A stretch of DNA of 64,000 nucleotides from contig NC_042997.1 in the NCBI RefSeq assembly GCF_006345805.1, positions 145,638,001 through 145,702,000 on the forward strand, read 5' to 3'. The notes under the pieces are model-generated. The model made no database searches. It saw only the letters and a list, made by a program, of their open reading frames with translations, and had not been told where the DNA came from. Within the stretch, counting starts at the first letter, position 1. Every line of letters starts with the position of its first letter. The position numbers were made by a program, and so were the translations under genes. The stretch comes from Octopus sinensis (Eukaryota). Below are positions 11,749 through 24,680 of the stretch, piece by piece.

Positions 11749-11935
11749 GTATGTATACATGTATATGTATATATATATGCATATATATGTATATATGTAA
11801 ATATATTCATATATGTATAGATGCATGCATATGTAAGTAATCAATAATGTAATAGGTAATGATGTTGATGGTAGTGGTTGTGATGGGTGGCGATGGTGTC
11901 GGTGGTAATGCTGACGCTAGTGGTGATCTTGATAG

Positions 11936-11969
<34 letters not shown>

Positions 11970-12034
11970 AACGGAAGCGGCATCGTCGTCGACGACGACG
12001 ACGTAGACGGCGATGCTGTTGCTGCTTCTGCTGT

Positions 12035-12082
<48 letters not shown>

Positions 12083-12602
12083 CGATGGTGGTGAGAAAGA
12101 TGACAGTAAGAGTTAGTAGGCGGAAGATGTGTATGGTGACAGAAAATTTCTACTATAAAAGAGTTTCAGTTAGCCACACAAGCGGTTTTGCTGTTTTCAA
12201 AATCGATAATATTGTCTAGACGAATGTTTATGTTAAAGTTTATTGACAAGTTCCAATCAATAGGTTTGAAAAAGAAAGAAAGATAGAAAGGAAGATAGGA
12301 AGGAAGGAAGAAATGAAGAAAGGAAGAAAGGAAGAAAGGTAGTATTAAAATTCATTTGTTAAAAAACGTTATATTATAACAACATTTTGCTTGGATATGT
12401 ATGTGTGTGTGTTTGTGAGTGTGTATACACACACACATATATATATATATATATATTTACACATACATATATTTATATATGAATGTACGTACGTACATGT
12501 GTTTGTATATATATATATTATATATATATATACATACATATACTCATATATTTATATGCATGTATGTATATAACTATGGAAGTATACAGACATATATTAT
12601 AT

Positions 12603-12644
<42 letters not shown>

Positions 12645-12941
12645 ATGTGTGTGTGTGTGGTGGTGGTATATATATATATGTATATGGATGTATACATATA
12701 TATGTACACAGGTATATTATATATATATATGTATATATATATATATACATGTGTGTATATATATGTTTATGGATGTATATATATATATAATATATGTATA
12801 CAGTATATATATGAGTATAATCATATGTATATTTATAATATATATATATATATATATAAGTATATATATATATTATATATATCTATATAATCTATATATT
12901 ATATAATATATATAATATATATATATAGATATATATATATA

Positions 12942-12983
<42 letters not shown>

Positions 12984-13080
12984 TAAATATAATATATATA
13001 TATATATATATAATATATATATACATATATATATATTATATATACATGTAACAGACACAGACCCACGCACGCGCACACAC
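11100..13080. repeat. Microsatellite-dense block: (CATA)n, (TATG)n-(TCTG)n-(TCTA)n, (GAT)n, (GGAA)n, (TA)n
   Basis: Direct reading; short unique stretches interleaved. Confidence 0.92.
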
Positions 13081-14875
13081 ACATACGTGCGTGCAAACAG
13101 AAATATACGTATCCGTATAATGTTACGCGGTCATATTGTCTATGTTAGTAATATTTTCGTTAGTATTAATATAATTCTATTTATATTCCTATCGCTGTCT
13201 ATTTCCTTTCAATTAATCTGAATCTTTCTTCGCCGATACAGTTAGTTATGTTTCTATTGATTTTTTTTTTCTTTTTTAAATTTCGGTTGTTATTTTTTGT
13301 TATTTATCATACGCTTCTTTCTTGATTATTTTTGCAATGATTTTTGTTAGCATTGATAGTTTTATAGTTCTTAGTCTTAGCTTTCAGTTATATAACTCCA
13401 TTGACATCTAGTGTCGGCTTACAAGGAATATAAAATCCACCCGAGTATTATTCAGGTCTGAACTCAACTCGTTGCTTCGACGGTAAGATTCAGTTGCAGA
13501 ATGTTCTTAGTTCACAAGATCTCTTTAGCTTGGCCGCCTGTGAATAGGGTCAAGGGTGAAGACATCCGGCACCATCCTCTCTTTGTCTCCGTCGCCTCTT
13601 ATCCTAGCGTCACTGCCCTTATGAAGAAAGTGTGATAGAAGTGGTATTGGTATCTTGCTTTACTGGATGACCTAGATGACGAATATTATAGAAGGCAGAG
13701 CAAGTGCAGAGCTAGTACCACACTCTTGTCCTTCAAATGTATTGATTGACCTGATGTAACAAGTACTACAGCCTAGTAGTTATAAGGGTGTGAATTTTGT
13801 ATAGAGTTACCTTCTCTTAGATGCACAGCGAAAGAGCTGAAGGGCCTCATTTTCCCTGTGTCTGTTAGGGTGGCTATGGGTGGCATTCTTCCAAAGGAAA
13901 TTCCGTGACATACAAATTAACCCACGGCTGAAACCCTGACAAGTGCTATTACTCCGAATCAGGGTAACTCTTGGAACAATGGTAGTTAAGAAGTTGTTCC
14001 ACACTCCTCAAAACTCCGGAGCTCCCTAGCTAGAGTTACACTACAAGAGATCAGTTTAATGTCATACCTAGGACACTTTCTCACATTTATCAAGTACTTT
14101 ACTTTTGTTACTTATTCCATCGCAGCGGTTACCAGCTTTATTTTCTCACAGAAACCCTTATATCTTTTTTTACCAAAACTCACAGAACCCACACCTACGT
14201 TTTATGGGGCAACCTCTCGCACTCTGCCATCCAAGTGATAAGGTATTAAATAAAACCAAAGTTTGTTTTAAAAAGAGAAAGAACTTATTCACGTGGGAAA
14301 TTTTCACTGGGGACTGTTGTTGAATTTATTCACGTTATTTTGAAAATGATGAGTACCACATTTTTATGAAATAAAATAAAATTTTATTAAATAAATTTTA
14401 TAAAAAATCACTCTGTCGCGGAATCTTGATTTTTTTACGAGACACGGAGGCCATTTTTGAGCAGCACTAACTGCTCAAAAATGCTTTAGCTTTAGTTTTA
14501 GTAAAAGTTACGTAACACAAACTGTAGAATCGGCTGACGTATCAAGTCTCCCACCCTACTTGACGATGACAAGTGAGAGGAACGACATTCTTACAGTTCC
14601 ACCAAGCCAACACCGTCTGTATTGATACTTCTCTGTCGATGTCACAAAAAGGATGAAAGACAAAAATTGATCTCAGAGAGCAGAGATATTGGAGCAAATA
14701 ACGCAGCGTTTCTAGTCCGACTTTCTAAAGTGTCTGCCAATACACTTCACTTAAAGAGATTGATGAAATAAGTACTAGGCTTAAAAAGTAAGTCATGGGG
14801 CCGATTCATTCCACTAAACCCTTCAAGTCAGTGCTCCACAGTCAAATGACTGAAACAATTAAAATAAAAATTATA

Positions 14876-15984
14876 TATTGGGTTGGCAACTAAGTCCCTG
14901 CCGTTTTTTAAAATTTTGGAATTTATTGTGATTTTAAAATTTGAAATCAATTTTTTTCGAGAATTCTATTTTTACATCATTTTGGAATCTATTTTTTCCC
15001 TAGTTAATTTTAGTTAATTTTTGTTTATTTTCAGATCATTAAAATGGAATGTCAAGTTAAGAAAAACGAGCATTTTCGAGACACCTCTATCTTTTTGCTT
15101 TTAATCAAGGTTCTAAGGCCACCAAAGCTGCTCGCAACATCTGTGTGAAGAGACGCACCTCGTTCTGGCCGTCCAGTTGAGTTCGATGAAGAGCGATTAA
15201 ACCAACTTTTGCACGAAAATTCTCGTCACACGACAAGGGAACTGGCAAAGAAAATGGAATGCTCCCACACTGCCATTGAGAAGCATCTCCACTCGGTGGG
15301 AAACTCTGCTGGTTTGCTTGCTCGTCACCGCTCAACTTATGGACACAAGCAACGATTTCTTTACCGAATCGTTACTGGCGACAAAGAATGGTGCCTGTAC
15401 ATCAAAATGAAGCAGCGTAAGGAATGGCTTAGCCCCGATAAACAAACAACACCGTGCGCGAAACAAGATCTTCATCCGCGTAAAATGATATTGTGCGTAT
15501 GGTGGGACTGGGAAGGGATTATCCAATACGAATTGCTTGAACGGAACCAAACGGTCGACGCAGAACTCTATGTTCAACTGATGGAACGACTCAACACGGC
15601 TATTCAAGAGAAAAGTCCTAATCGGCAGCATGGAGTTCTGCTGCACGAGAACGCCCGCCCTCATATCGCCAATATGACCAAGGAAGCCATTCAAACGCAT
15701 GGCTGGGTAGTGCTACCATACCCGCCGAACTCTCCTGATTTGGCACCACCGGATTTCCACCTCTTTCGATCTCTTTCAAATGCTATGCATGGAGTTTCGT
15801 TTAATACTGATGCAAAATTGAGAGCTTAGTTAGATCAATTTTTCGAGAATCCTGTTGAACGTTGGGAAGCAGTTGTTAACAACAAGGGTGAATATATTAT
15901 TGGTTAATTAGGTTTTATTTTTTATTAAAACTTTTAAGAAGTTTAAATTTAAAAAACGGCGGGAAATTAGTTGCCAACCCAATA
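14876..15984 (+). mobile_element. Mariner DNA transposon (D,D34D), internally deleted, both TIRs present
   Basis: TIRs TATTGGGTTGGCAACTAAGTCCCTGCCGTTTTTT and AAAAAACGGCGGGAAATTAGTTGCCAACCCAATA; TA on both flanks; TIR resembles Hsmar1/cecropia type. Confidence 0.95.
15044..15905 (+). pseudogene. Mariner transposase pseudogene
   Basis: MECQVKKNEHFR start; VTGDKEW, LHPRKMILCVWWD, LHENARPH (D to E) then 34 residues to PDLAPPDFHLF; frameshifts, deletions, premature stop. Confidence 0.92.
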
Positions 15985-16114
15985 TATATATATAAATATA
16001 TATATATAAAGAATTTAGATAATCCTATCAGGTGGCGCTATTAAGTTAGACATTGCCTGGACCGATCTTTGGTCGAAACGTCTAAGTATTATCTAAGTTT
16101 TATTTACATCATAC

Positions 16115-16149
<35 letters not shown>

Positions 16150-16217
16150 ATATATATATATATACAATATATGATGATGATGATGATGATATATATATTA
16201 TATATATATATATATTA

Positions 16218-16268
<51 letters not shown>

Positions 16269-16431
16269 ATTATATATATATCATATATATATATATATAT
16301 ATACATATATATATAGATATATATATATATATATATATTATATATTATATATATATATTATATAGATATATCTATATATACTATATATATATATATTATA
16401 TATATATATATATATAATATATCTATATATA

Positions 16432-16473
<42 letters not shown>

Positions 16474-16480
16474 TATATAT
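15985..16480. repeat. (TA)n-rich block with (CATA)n and (GAT)n
   Basis: Direct reading. Confidence 0.95.
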
Positions 16481-18216
16481 AAATGAATGTTTTCAGAACG
16501 GTGGAACATAGGACAAATTTCATTCTTTCACATCACTAAAAGAAAGTTTAGTCATGATTTGAAATTCCATTCAAACGACCAAACTATTTTGCTGAAAATT
16601 AATTACCATATTTCCAAGGAAAAGTGTCATTGACATTGAAATTATCGCACTGAAAACTGCATGCCTGAATTTGTTTTTGTCTCATATATAACTGACGTGT
16701 AATAATTCCGAACAGAACCTTCTTTTACGTGCAGTTAAGTATTGTGCTTCAAATACTTGGGGGACTCTTTTTTATGTCACCATCTGACGTTCTGTTGTCC
16801 TTTTGTCCCAAGGTAACTATGACTGAGCAGAAGGCAGACCTGCTGTGATCATCTCATCTTTTTGCTGATGTGTTGTGCCACTGCATGTAATGTGCCCTTT
16901 TTTTAAATTTAAAATGTATGACTTGATAGTGATTTCGCCGGATTTCTTGCTGATCATGCAACCACGTAGAGGTGTTCCATTGTTAGGTCATTATGTATGA
17001 GGGATGTCAACAACATTAACCGATGAAGACGGATGAAGACAACATAAAAACACCCCCATCTCTTGTAAAGTTGAATATCTGCATGTCAGCTGCTCGCCTT
17101 CTTTTCTGTTAAATATTCATTCGTCGTATTTCGCTTCTGTACTTTTTTTCTTTAGAGTAAGATCAATATGATCGATAGTTCATGGAAGATGTGAAGTTTA
17201 TTTACTTTTTATGAATAGAAGAGTGATGAAAACCAATGGCGCCCTCAGCAAGAATTAAACAAATATAGCAACGCATTCAAGCATTTAGTTTCTTCATTTC
17301 ACCATTATGTCATTCTAATTCTACTCACAATAAGAAGGGAAAATAATGATAATATGCTATGGCAGGAGAAAAAGTATGTCCAGAAATTGTCGAAATATTC
17401 TCGATCTGAAATCCATCAACTTTTATTTCCCTGCTTCAATTCTTTTCACCATTAAACCAAATTTGGTCTCCTCCACAGTTCTTTATCTCCTTTTCCCCAC
17501 CAATTATTCCTTCTCTTTATTTTGTTCACAATTGCTAATCTGCGCCCAAAGCGACAGCACTTCTCTAAATTTCTCACTGTTGATGAAGAAATATATTCGA
17601 AACGTTAAGATAATTTATTTTTTTATAGGAACTGAACTTCTTGAACTTTTCTATGAACTGTGTTTTTCTATGACAGTTATGACAAGAGAATAGAAAATGG
17701 TGTATATTTCTGATGGATGAAGTCCTGATTGTTGCTTATTCTCTTTCTCGCACAATTAATACCGTTGAGAATGCTATGTTAAAGCTTCCATTTTTCTTTC
17801 CAGTGAAATCAATACTTCTCCTCATTAATTGTCAATATGCGAAGGATAAATAATTATTATGTAAGATTTCTGAAATTAATCAAGTGTAATCTAAGTGCAT
17901 TTATTTCAGTACAAATCAATTTTATTTGAAATATAGCAGTTCTCAGTAACACGGGAGTGTTCTACATAACAATCGTAACCAGCTCATGGTCTCAGCTCAC
18001 CAGAAGGAAGCAACAAAAATAATATCGATTTCTTTGGACAATGACCAACATCAATCTCCCAAGAAATTAGTAGTCAATCGAATTGATCCATTATAACTAT
18101 TACATAAATGGCACTGGTATTACTTTAAACAAGTTATGATCAACAGAGAACGAAGGCACCGATAGTGGTCTACGTCGACCAAATTTATTCAGGGAAATTC
18201 ACAAGTTCCTTTAGCG

Positions 18217-18536
18217 CAGTGGTTCTCAACTGGGGTCCGAATAAACCTCGGGGGGCCCATATGAACCTTGGGAGCCCCTATGAACCTTTGGGGTCTATAT
18301 GACACTTGGGAGTCTATTTAGCCCTTGGGGGGTCAATATAGACTTTGTTTTTTAAAATTGTGCGCAATAAATTGGTTACACTTTTACAATACACAAAATA
18401 TGTTAACTATTTTTCATACAATTCCTAATATTCGAATTATAAAAATATTTTTAAAATATCGAATAGCCGTAGGAATCAACCCGAGTAAAATAGAAATCAG
18501 AGTGGTCCATGGGTAAAAAATGTTTGAGAACCACTC
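18217..18536 (+). mobile_element. hAT-type MITE with ~20-bp internal subrepeats
   Basis: TIRs CAGTGGTTCTCAA / TTGAGAACCACTC; degenerate 8-bp TSD CTTTAGCG / GTTTGGCG; body matches 24681-25386 in reverse. Confidence 0.8.
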
Positions 18537-18770
18537 GTTTGGCGTAATGAGAAGAAGAATCTGACCGTTCGAGACTAACCTTTGCGCCTGAGAAGAAGAA
18601 AGTATTTCCATTTTCTCTTTCAAACAGCACGTCAGTCTCGAAATCTTACATTCTTATTTATTCTACGTCACAATAACTTATCCAACCTCATGAGCTTAGG
18701 TTATCAGTCACAGAGGCGCAAACAGTAAACCATTCCTAATGAATTTGTAAACTGAAAATAGAATTTAGTG

Positions 18771-19004
18771 TGGATGGCGAGCTGGCAGAAACGCTAGCAC
18801 GCCGGGAGAAATGCTTAGCGGTATTTCGTCTGCCGTTACATTCTGAGTTCAAATTCCGCCGAGGTCGACTTTGCCTTTCATCCTTTCGGGGTCGATTAAA
18901 TAAGTGCCAGTTACGCACTGGGTCAATGTAATCGACTTAATACCTATGTCTGTCCTTGTTTGTCCCCTCTGTGTTTAGCCCCTTGTGGGTAATAAAGAAA
19001 TAGG
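18771..19004 (+). mobile_element. SINE-A, full length
   Basis: Head, central domain and AAAGAAATAGG tail. Confidence 0.88.
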
Positions 19005-19718
19005 TACTCTGCTTCTATGAAATACAACACGATTTTTGTCCCTGGGCAGCAGCTGTTATTTTCTACTTGCTTATCCCTAGAAAGTATGAAAAATCGCTGA
19101 TATTTCCTTCAAAATTTGTTTTTCTCAAACTTGTTTCCACTTGGACAGCTAAAACGAAATTGAACTGTTGAGTTTTCTATACCTGCCCTTATAATTCCAG
19201 CTGTGTCACTAGAACGCTCTTGAAGTTTTTAAAACTTTTAGAAATTTCTCGAAAGTTCTTGAAATTTCTAGAAAGTTCTATAAAATTCTACTTTAGCAAC
19301 TTTGCGCAGAATTTATCTGGAATGTAATGGAAAATAGATCAGTTTCGAAACAGTGATGTACAGGTCACGAAAGTAAAGTTTTGTAGGGAATAGTAGTCAT
19401 TTCCTTTGATTTCTAGCTGGAAGCAAATAGGAAACAACACTTACTAACCAAAGACAAAAAAAAAAGTAAATAAATAAAAATAAAAGTTTTGTTACAGAGT
19501 GTAATATTAGTAATCGACCTGGGATTTTGGAGAAACGGAGGAGTCGTTATATCTGTCTCAGTTCTTTATCAAATCCGGAAGGGTGAAAAATAACATTGAA
19601 CTCAGGACGATTTAAACGTAAAGTACTGTATAATATTTAAAAAATGATAATTTCTTCAAACTTTTCCAAAAATAATTATTATTTCTTCATTAAGAAAAAT
19701 GCCGATTTCAGTAACTAT

Positions 19719-19924
19719 GGCGGTGATCTGGCAGAATTGTTAGTATTCCGGAAAAAATACTTAACTGCATTTTATCCGTTTTTATGTTCTGAGTTCAAAT
19801 GCTACCGAGGGCGACTTTGCCTTTTATTCTTCCGAGGTCGATAAAATAGATACCAGTTGGACATTTGTATCTTACACCATCTCTCGAAATTGCTGACCCT
19901 GTGCCAAAATTTGAAACCAATATT
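19719..19924 (+). mobile_element. SINE-A, old copy with alternative tail
   Basis: GGCGGTGATCTGGCAGAATTG head; CCAAAATTTGAAACCAATATT tail. Confidence 0.65.
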
Positions 19925-21599
19925 GATTCCAGAAACGAAGATTCGTCATATAAATTGAGTAATAAGTATTATCTCATCAATACCAAGCAATATTTTGATA
20001 GTTCGATCTACAATCGATTTGAGAGTTTTAGCGCCGATTGCACAGGACAGTGTATATTTACTTTTAGCCATGTAGAGCTTTTACTAACAATGTACTGGAA
20101 AATGAATTATTTTGTATTTAAGAAAAAGAATTATGCTTGATGTCAGACATTTAATTTTCTTACACACTAGAACATTCTCACTCACATGTACGTATACAAG
20201 CTAAAAATAAATATCAGAGAGGCTTTGTTATCCTAAGTTGAAACTGCAGCATCTTGTACTTTTCAGATTCCTTCCCAGCTTGCCAGTGTTTACACACATA
20301 CACACACATACACACACGCAAACGGGCACACACACACAATGTCGAGCCACCCTCGATTATTACTGGTAACATGTAACCCAGTACAACCTGTCGCATAGTT
20401 GGCTCGTCGGCAACTAAACTGGCAACCCCACGAACCTTGCTTGGTGAGTAGATTGATTTGGGCACTCTGCGGGTTGAAAAGCTAAACCCGTCAAAGGGTT
20501 GAAGAACTCGTTAGAGTGAATGGCCATCCATTGAGGAGTTAAACTGAATGACGAAAAACCCACTAGTTAGGGTCACGGGGAAGTCGTGGAGAGAAGCATA
20601 GTGGATGTGAAGTTGGGCGCGTTGATCTTTGTTCGGCGAAACTACACGACACAGTCTGGGTGTAAGAGCCTCTTCAGCCAAAGGTCAGTCTAGGGTTACC
20701 AATCCAGTTCGTAGAGTACTGCCAGCTGATACAACACGCGATTCATCAACTCACTTTAGTTGCTTACAGCCACCATAGAGTCCTAAACTTCATAGTATCA
20801 CCAACTGAAGCCGGATGACGAGAAGAGAAAATATAAATTTATAACACAAGAAGATTGAATGAACAGGCTTTAATCCAAATTATAATTGTTTCTGTGCATT
20901 AGTAATAGTTGTTGGCTGCAGAGTTTTCCATACTATACATATTATTATATAGATATTATAAAAATATGATTTAGAAATAGCTGTATACTCGCAGGTTATC
21001 AGGTGAGCAGCTTAGGTGCAGAGTGGTCGAATGGTTAATAAGTCCTCTTTTCAATGACCCGGTTAGTTTTCGTTCATACTGAGTAATATCTTGAATAAGC
21101 ATCATATACTATAATCTCGAGCCAACCCATGGTTTGCGATTAAAATTGAGTAGACCTGTGATTAAAAGACTCAGGCTTGTCATTCAGTTTCGTACTGATT
21201 TTTGTTTGATAGATTGATAGGCTACTTTAAGGATACCGATATCGGAAGAATACTCAGGCAGTTATGCATTAATCCAAAAAGCTCTACAATTCGGTTGAAC
21301 AACAGAAAACTCTCTCTCTCTTTCTTCTCTCCCTCCTCACCTCTCTCTCACCCTCACCCCCAGACACATACATGTATTTAAAAGTTTTCTTAAAAGATTT
21401 ATCGCAAGTTGCAATTTCTTATGTACGAATTACCTTGTAATATTCGTGTTCGAAAAGCTGAAAACAGAGAAAAGCGCTTACATCAGGTTAGTTTTTATCT
21501 ACATTTTAAAGATATTTTATATAATTAATTATTTCTTTTAGTTAAAGGAAAAAAGTCTTTCTTTCAAATATATATGTGTATCTGTTTCGTTACACACAT

Positions 21600-21771
21600 T
21601 TGTGTGTGTGTGTGTATTTGTGCGTGTATGCAGGAGTGTGTGTGTGTGTGTGTGTATGTGTGTGTGTATATGTGTGTGCATGTGTTTAAACATTCGTAGT
21701 AGACATGCAGTCATCAAATTTACTTCTTTCTCTGTAGATTAAATAACTGATGAACAGGCATTTTACATATG

Positions 21772-21831
<60 letters not shown>

Positions 21832-22025
21832 CATGCATGTATGTAGTATGTATGCATATGCATGAAGTGAATATGTATATGTGCGTGCATGTATGTGTTT
21901 GCATATGATTGCGCATATGCATATGTATGTATATGCATGTACGTATGTATGTGTATATATAATACATACATACATACATACATACATACATACATACATA
22001 CATACTTATAATATATATATATATA
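21600..22025. repeat. (GT)n/(TA)n/(CATA)n microsatellites
   Basis: Direct reading. Confidence 0.92.
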
Positions 22026-22517
22026 AGAGATTTTAATGTCATTTTGCGACAACCACCAGATAATGTTATTTAAATGCAATGAATCATCCGAGGTTTTCGA
22101 ATTTGTTGTTTTCTTCCTATAAGAATATAATATTGGAAGCGTCAAGTATTATTAAAATTAGTTTTTTATGGGGTTAGTCTGACCTAACCATTTCGAAGGT
22201 TTATTTACAACAATGATATCACATTTCGCTGAAGTTTCTCGCCTCTTAAAATTATGTAGTTGAAGATTTTGTCCCAGAGTAGTTATAAAATGTTTGCTTT
22301 CAGTTTCTAATCTTCGCACAATGGTTTAATACTCGTCATGGGAATCTAGGAGCCGAATTTGAGCATATGGAGGGAACTTCAAGATGTACTCACCCTCTTA
22401 TCTAGGGAGTATGCCATGACCTTCACATTAACTGGGACTTTATTCACATTCTGAACAAACTGTCTATTAAATGTAGGTAAGTTTATAGGAAACGTTAATA
22501 TTACTGAAAAATGTAAG

Positions 22518-22816
22518 GCGCAAGTGTGCCTGTGTGGTTAAAAAGCTCGCTTTGCGACCACGTGGTTTTAGGGTTCAGTTCCATTGCGCGGTATCTTAGG
22601 ACAATATCTTCTAAAATCCCACCATAACCACAACCTTACAATCAGGGGAGCAGCACCCTAGCCCCTAAGACAATCACCTCATATAAATATATTCATGTGT
22701 GTGTGTTTATGTCTGCGTTTGTCTCCCATCCCCTGCTTGAACACCGGTCTCGGTTTGTGTACATGCCTGTAACTTAGCAAAACAGAATGATAGACGTTTT
22801 TTCTCAAATAAATAAG

Positions 22817-22847
<31 letters not shown>

Positions 22848-22986
22848 GGAAAGAAAGAAAGAAAGAAAGAAGGAAACAAAGGAAGAAAGAAGAAGTGGAT
22901 TATGTCTATACGACGTAATTTTCAAGGCGGTGCTACTGCATGGCCGCAGTCCGATGATTGAAACAAATAAAAAAATAAAAATAAAA
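22518..22986 (+). mobile_element. SINE-C with internal (AAAT)n/(GAAA)n
   Basis: Head GGTTCAGTTCC, tail GGCGGTGCTACTGCATGGCCGCAGTCC. Confidence 0.7.
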
Positions 22987-23002
22987 GAAATATGGGAAAA
23001 GT

Positions 23003-23592
23003 TATTTCTTTATTGCCCACAAGGGGCTAAACATAGAGGGGACAAACAAGGACAGACAAAGGGATTAAGTCGATTAGATCGACTCCAGTGCGCAACTGGT
23101 ACTTAATTTATCGACCCCGAAAGGATGAAAGGCAAAGTCGACGGCGGAATTTGAATTTAGAACGTAGCGGCAGATGAATTACCTATTTCTTAACTAGCCA
23201 CAAGGGGCTAAACACAGAGAGGACAAACAAGGACAGACAAAGGGATTAAGTCGATTATATCGACCCCTATACTCAACTGGTACTTACTTAATCGACCCCG
23301 AAAGGATGAAAGGCAAAGTCGACCTCGGCGGAATTTGAAATCAGAGCATAGCGGCAGACGAAATACCTATTTCTTTACTACCCACAAGGGGCTAAATATA
23401 GAGAGGAGAAACAAGGACAGACAAACGGATTAAGTCGATTATATCGACCCCAGTGCGAAACTGGTACTTATTTAATCGACCCCGAAAGGATGAAAGGCAA
23501 AGTCGATCTCGGCGGAATTTGAACTCAGAACGTAGCGGCAGACGAAATACCGCTAAGCATTTCGCCCGGCGTACTAACGCTTCTGCCAGCTC
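23003..23592 (-). mobile_element. SINE-A trimer (one head followed by three ~185-bp units)
   Basis: Three successive CCCGAAAGGATGAAAGGCAAAGTCGA blocks, each with the ACAAGGACAGACAAA tail. Confidence 0.9.
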
Positions 23593-23701
23593 ATAAGTAA
23601 ATAAAGAAAAACTTTATTTGTAATCAGCTTCAGAATGAAACAGGTTTTGTTTAAATGTTTTCGTGTAGCTAACAATCGTTGACGGAAACGAAGATTTAGG
23701 A

Positions 23702-23982
23702 CTGTGGTTTGCAAAGTGGGAAGTACTGCCTTACATGGAGGTGGTGGAAAGATCCGGTGTCGAGGGATTTCAAAAAAAATTGGGGCGAGAATACAGTGGT
23801 TAGAAGGGGGCGATGGATGTATAAGCAAACAAAATAAAGGGTTTATTAGGTTAAGTTTTATTTGAATTTGCTGCAGAAACTGATAAAATGATCTATGTCT
23901 GTGATGGTGAGTGGTGGTGGGCGCTAGGAATGTGGCCCAGGTGCCAAAGGGGTGGTAGCCCTAAAACGTTTGGGAACAACTG
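23702..23982 (+). mobile_element. hAT-type MITE (copy 1)
   Basis: CTGTGGTTTGCAAAGTGGG ... TTTGGGAACAACTG; TSD ATTTAGGA / ATTTAGAA. Confidence 0.7.
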
Positions 23983-24017
23983 ATTTAGAAGATAGTAATT
24001 CATTTAATGGTTCTGAT

Positions 24018-24645
24018 CAGTGGTTCCCAAAGTGGGCGGTACTGCCCCTCTGGGGGCAGTGGAAAGATCAGGGGCGGAGGACTGAAGAAAGTTGGGGCGA
24101 TAATAGGGTGGTCAAAAGGTGGGTTGATGGATATATAAAGAGTAAAGAACTCCTTCGGTTACGAATGACCATGGGATTCGTAAGTCCGGGAAAGTCCGGG
24201 AAAGGTTGTTTGTGGAAGGCCAGCAGTCACCTATGCATACCAGCCTGCCCTCGCCACTTATGTCATCCAAGGGAAAGGCAAAGGTCGATACAGCTTGGCA
24301 CCAGTGACGTTGCAACTCATTTCTACAGATGAGTGAACTGAATCAATGTGAAATAAAGTGTCTTGCTCAAGAACTCAACATACGCCCTGGTCCGGGACAT
24401 CGAACTCACAATTTCACGACTGTAAACCCGATGCTCTAACCACTGAGCCATTCTCCTTCACTATGATGGATGTAAAAACAACAAAAAAAAAGGGTTGATA
24501 AGGTTAAGTTTTATTTGTGAAATACAGTTGTTTTGAATTTGCTTCAGAAAGTGGTCTATGCTTGTGATGGTGTATAGGGGGGGATACTAGGAACGTGGCA
24601 CGGATGCTAAGGGGGAGGCAGCCCGAAAAAGTTTGGGAACAACTG
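24018..24645 (+). mobile_element. hAT-type MITE (copy 2) interrupted by a SINE
   Basis: CAGTGGTTCCCAAAGTGGG ... TTTGGGAACAACTG; body similar to 23702-23982. Confidence 0.75.
24165..24462 (-). mobile_element. SINE-B variant with tail 2
   Basis: tRNA head GCTCAGTGGTTAGAGCATCGG, CORE-like TCTTGAGCAAGACACTTTATTTCAC; matches 28730-29075. Confidence 0.8.
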
Positions 24646-24680
24646 ATTTAGAGGATAGTAATTCATTTAATGGTTCTGAT

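Noticed and set aside
15209-15829. Host SETMAR-like gene or active transposase
   Set aside because: No SET domain; ORF lies between TIRs, lacks the intact N-terminus and has a catalytic D to E change
17329-17405. Possible 77-nt minus-strand exon (REYFDNFWTYFFSCHSILSLFSLLI, donor GTGAGT)
   Set aside because: Weak pyrimidine tract, two frames open, no partner exon or recognisable homology; left unannotated
20340-20760. GC-richer stretch reminiscent of a LINE 5' UTR
   Set aside because: No ORF remnant or second copy in the window to support a call
23003-24680. CRISPR-like repeat-spacer pattern
   Set aside because: Here the short segment is the constant part and the long segments are MITEs or SINE units; eukaryotic context, no cas genes
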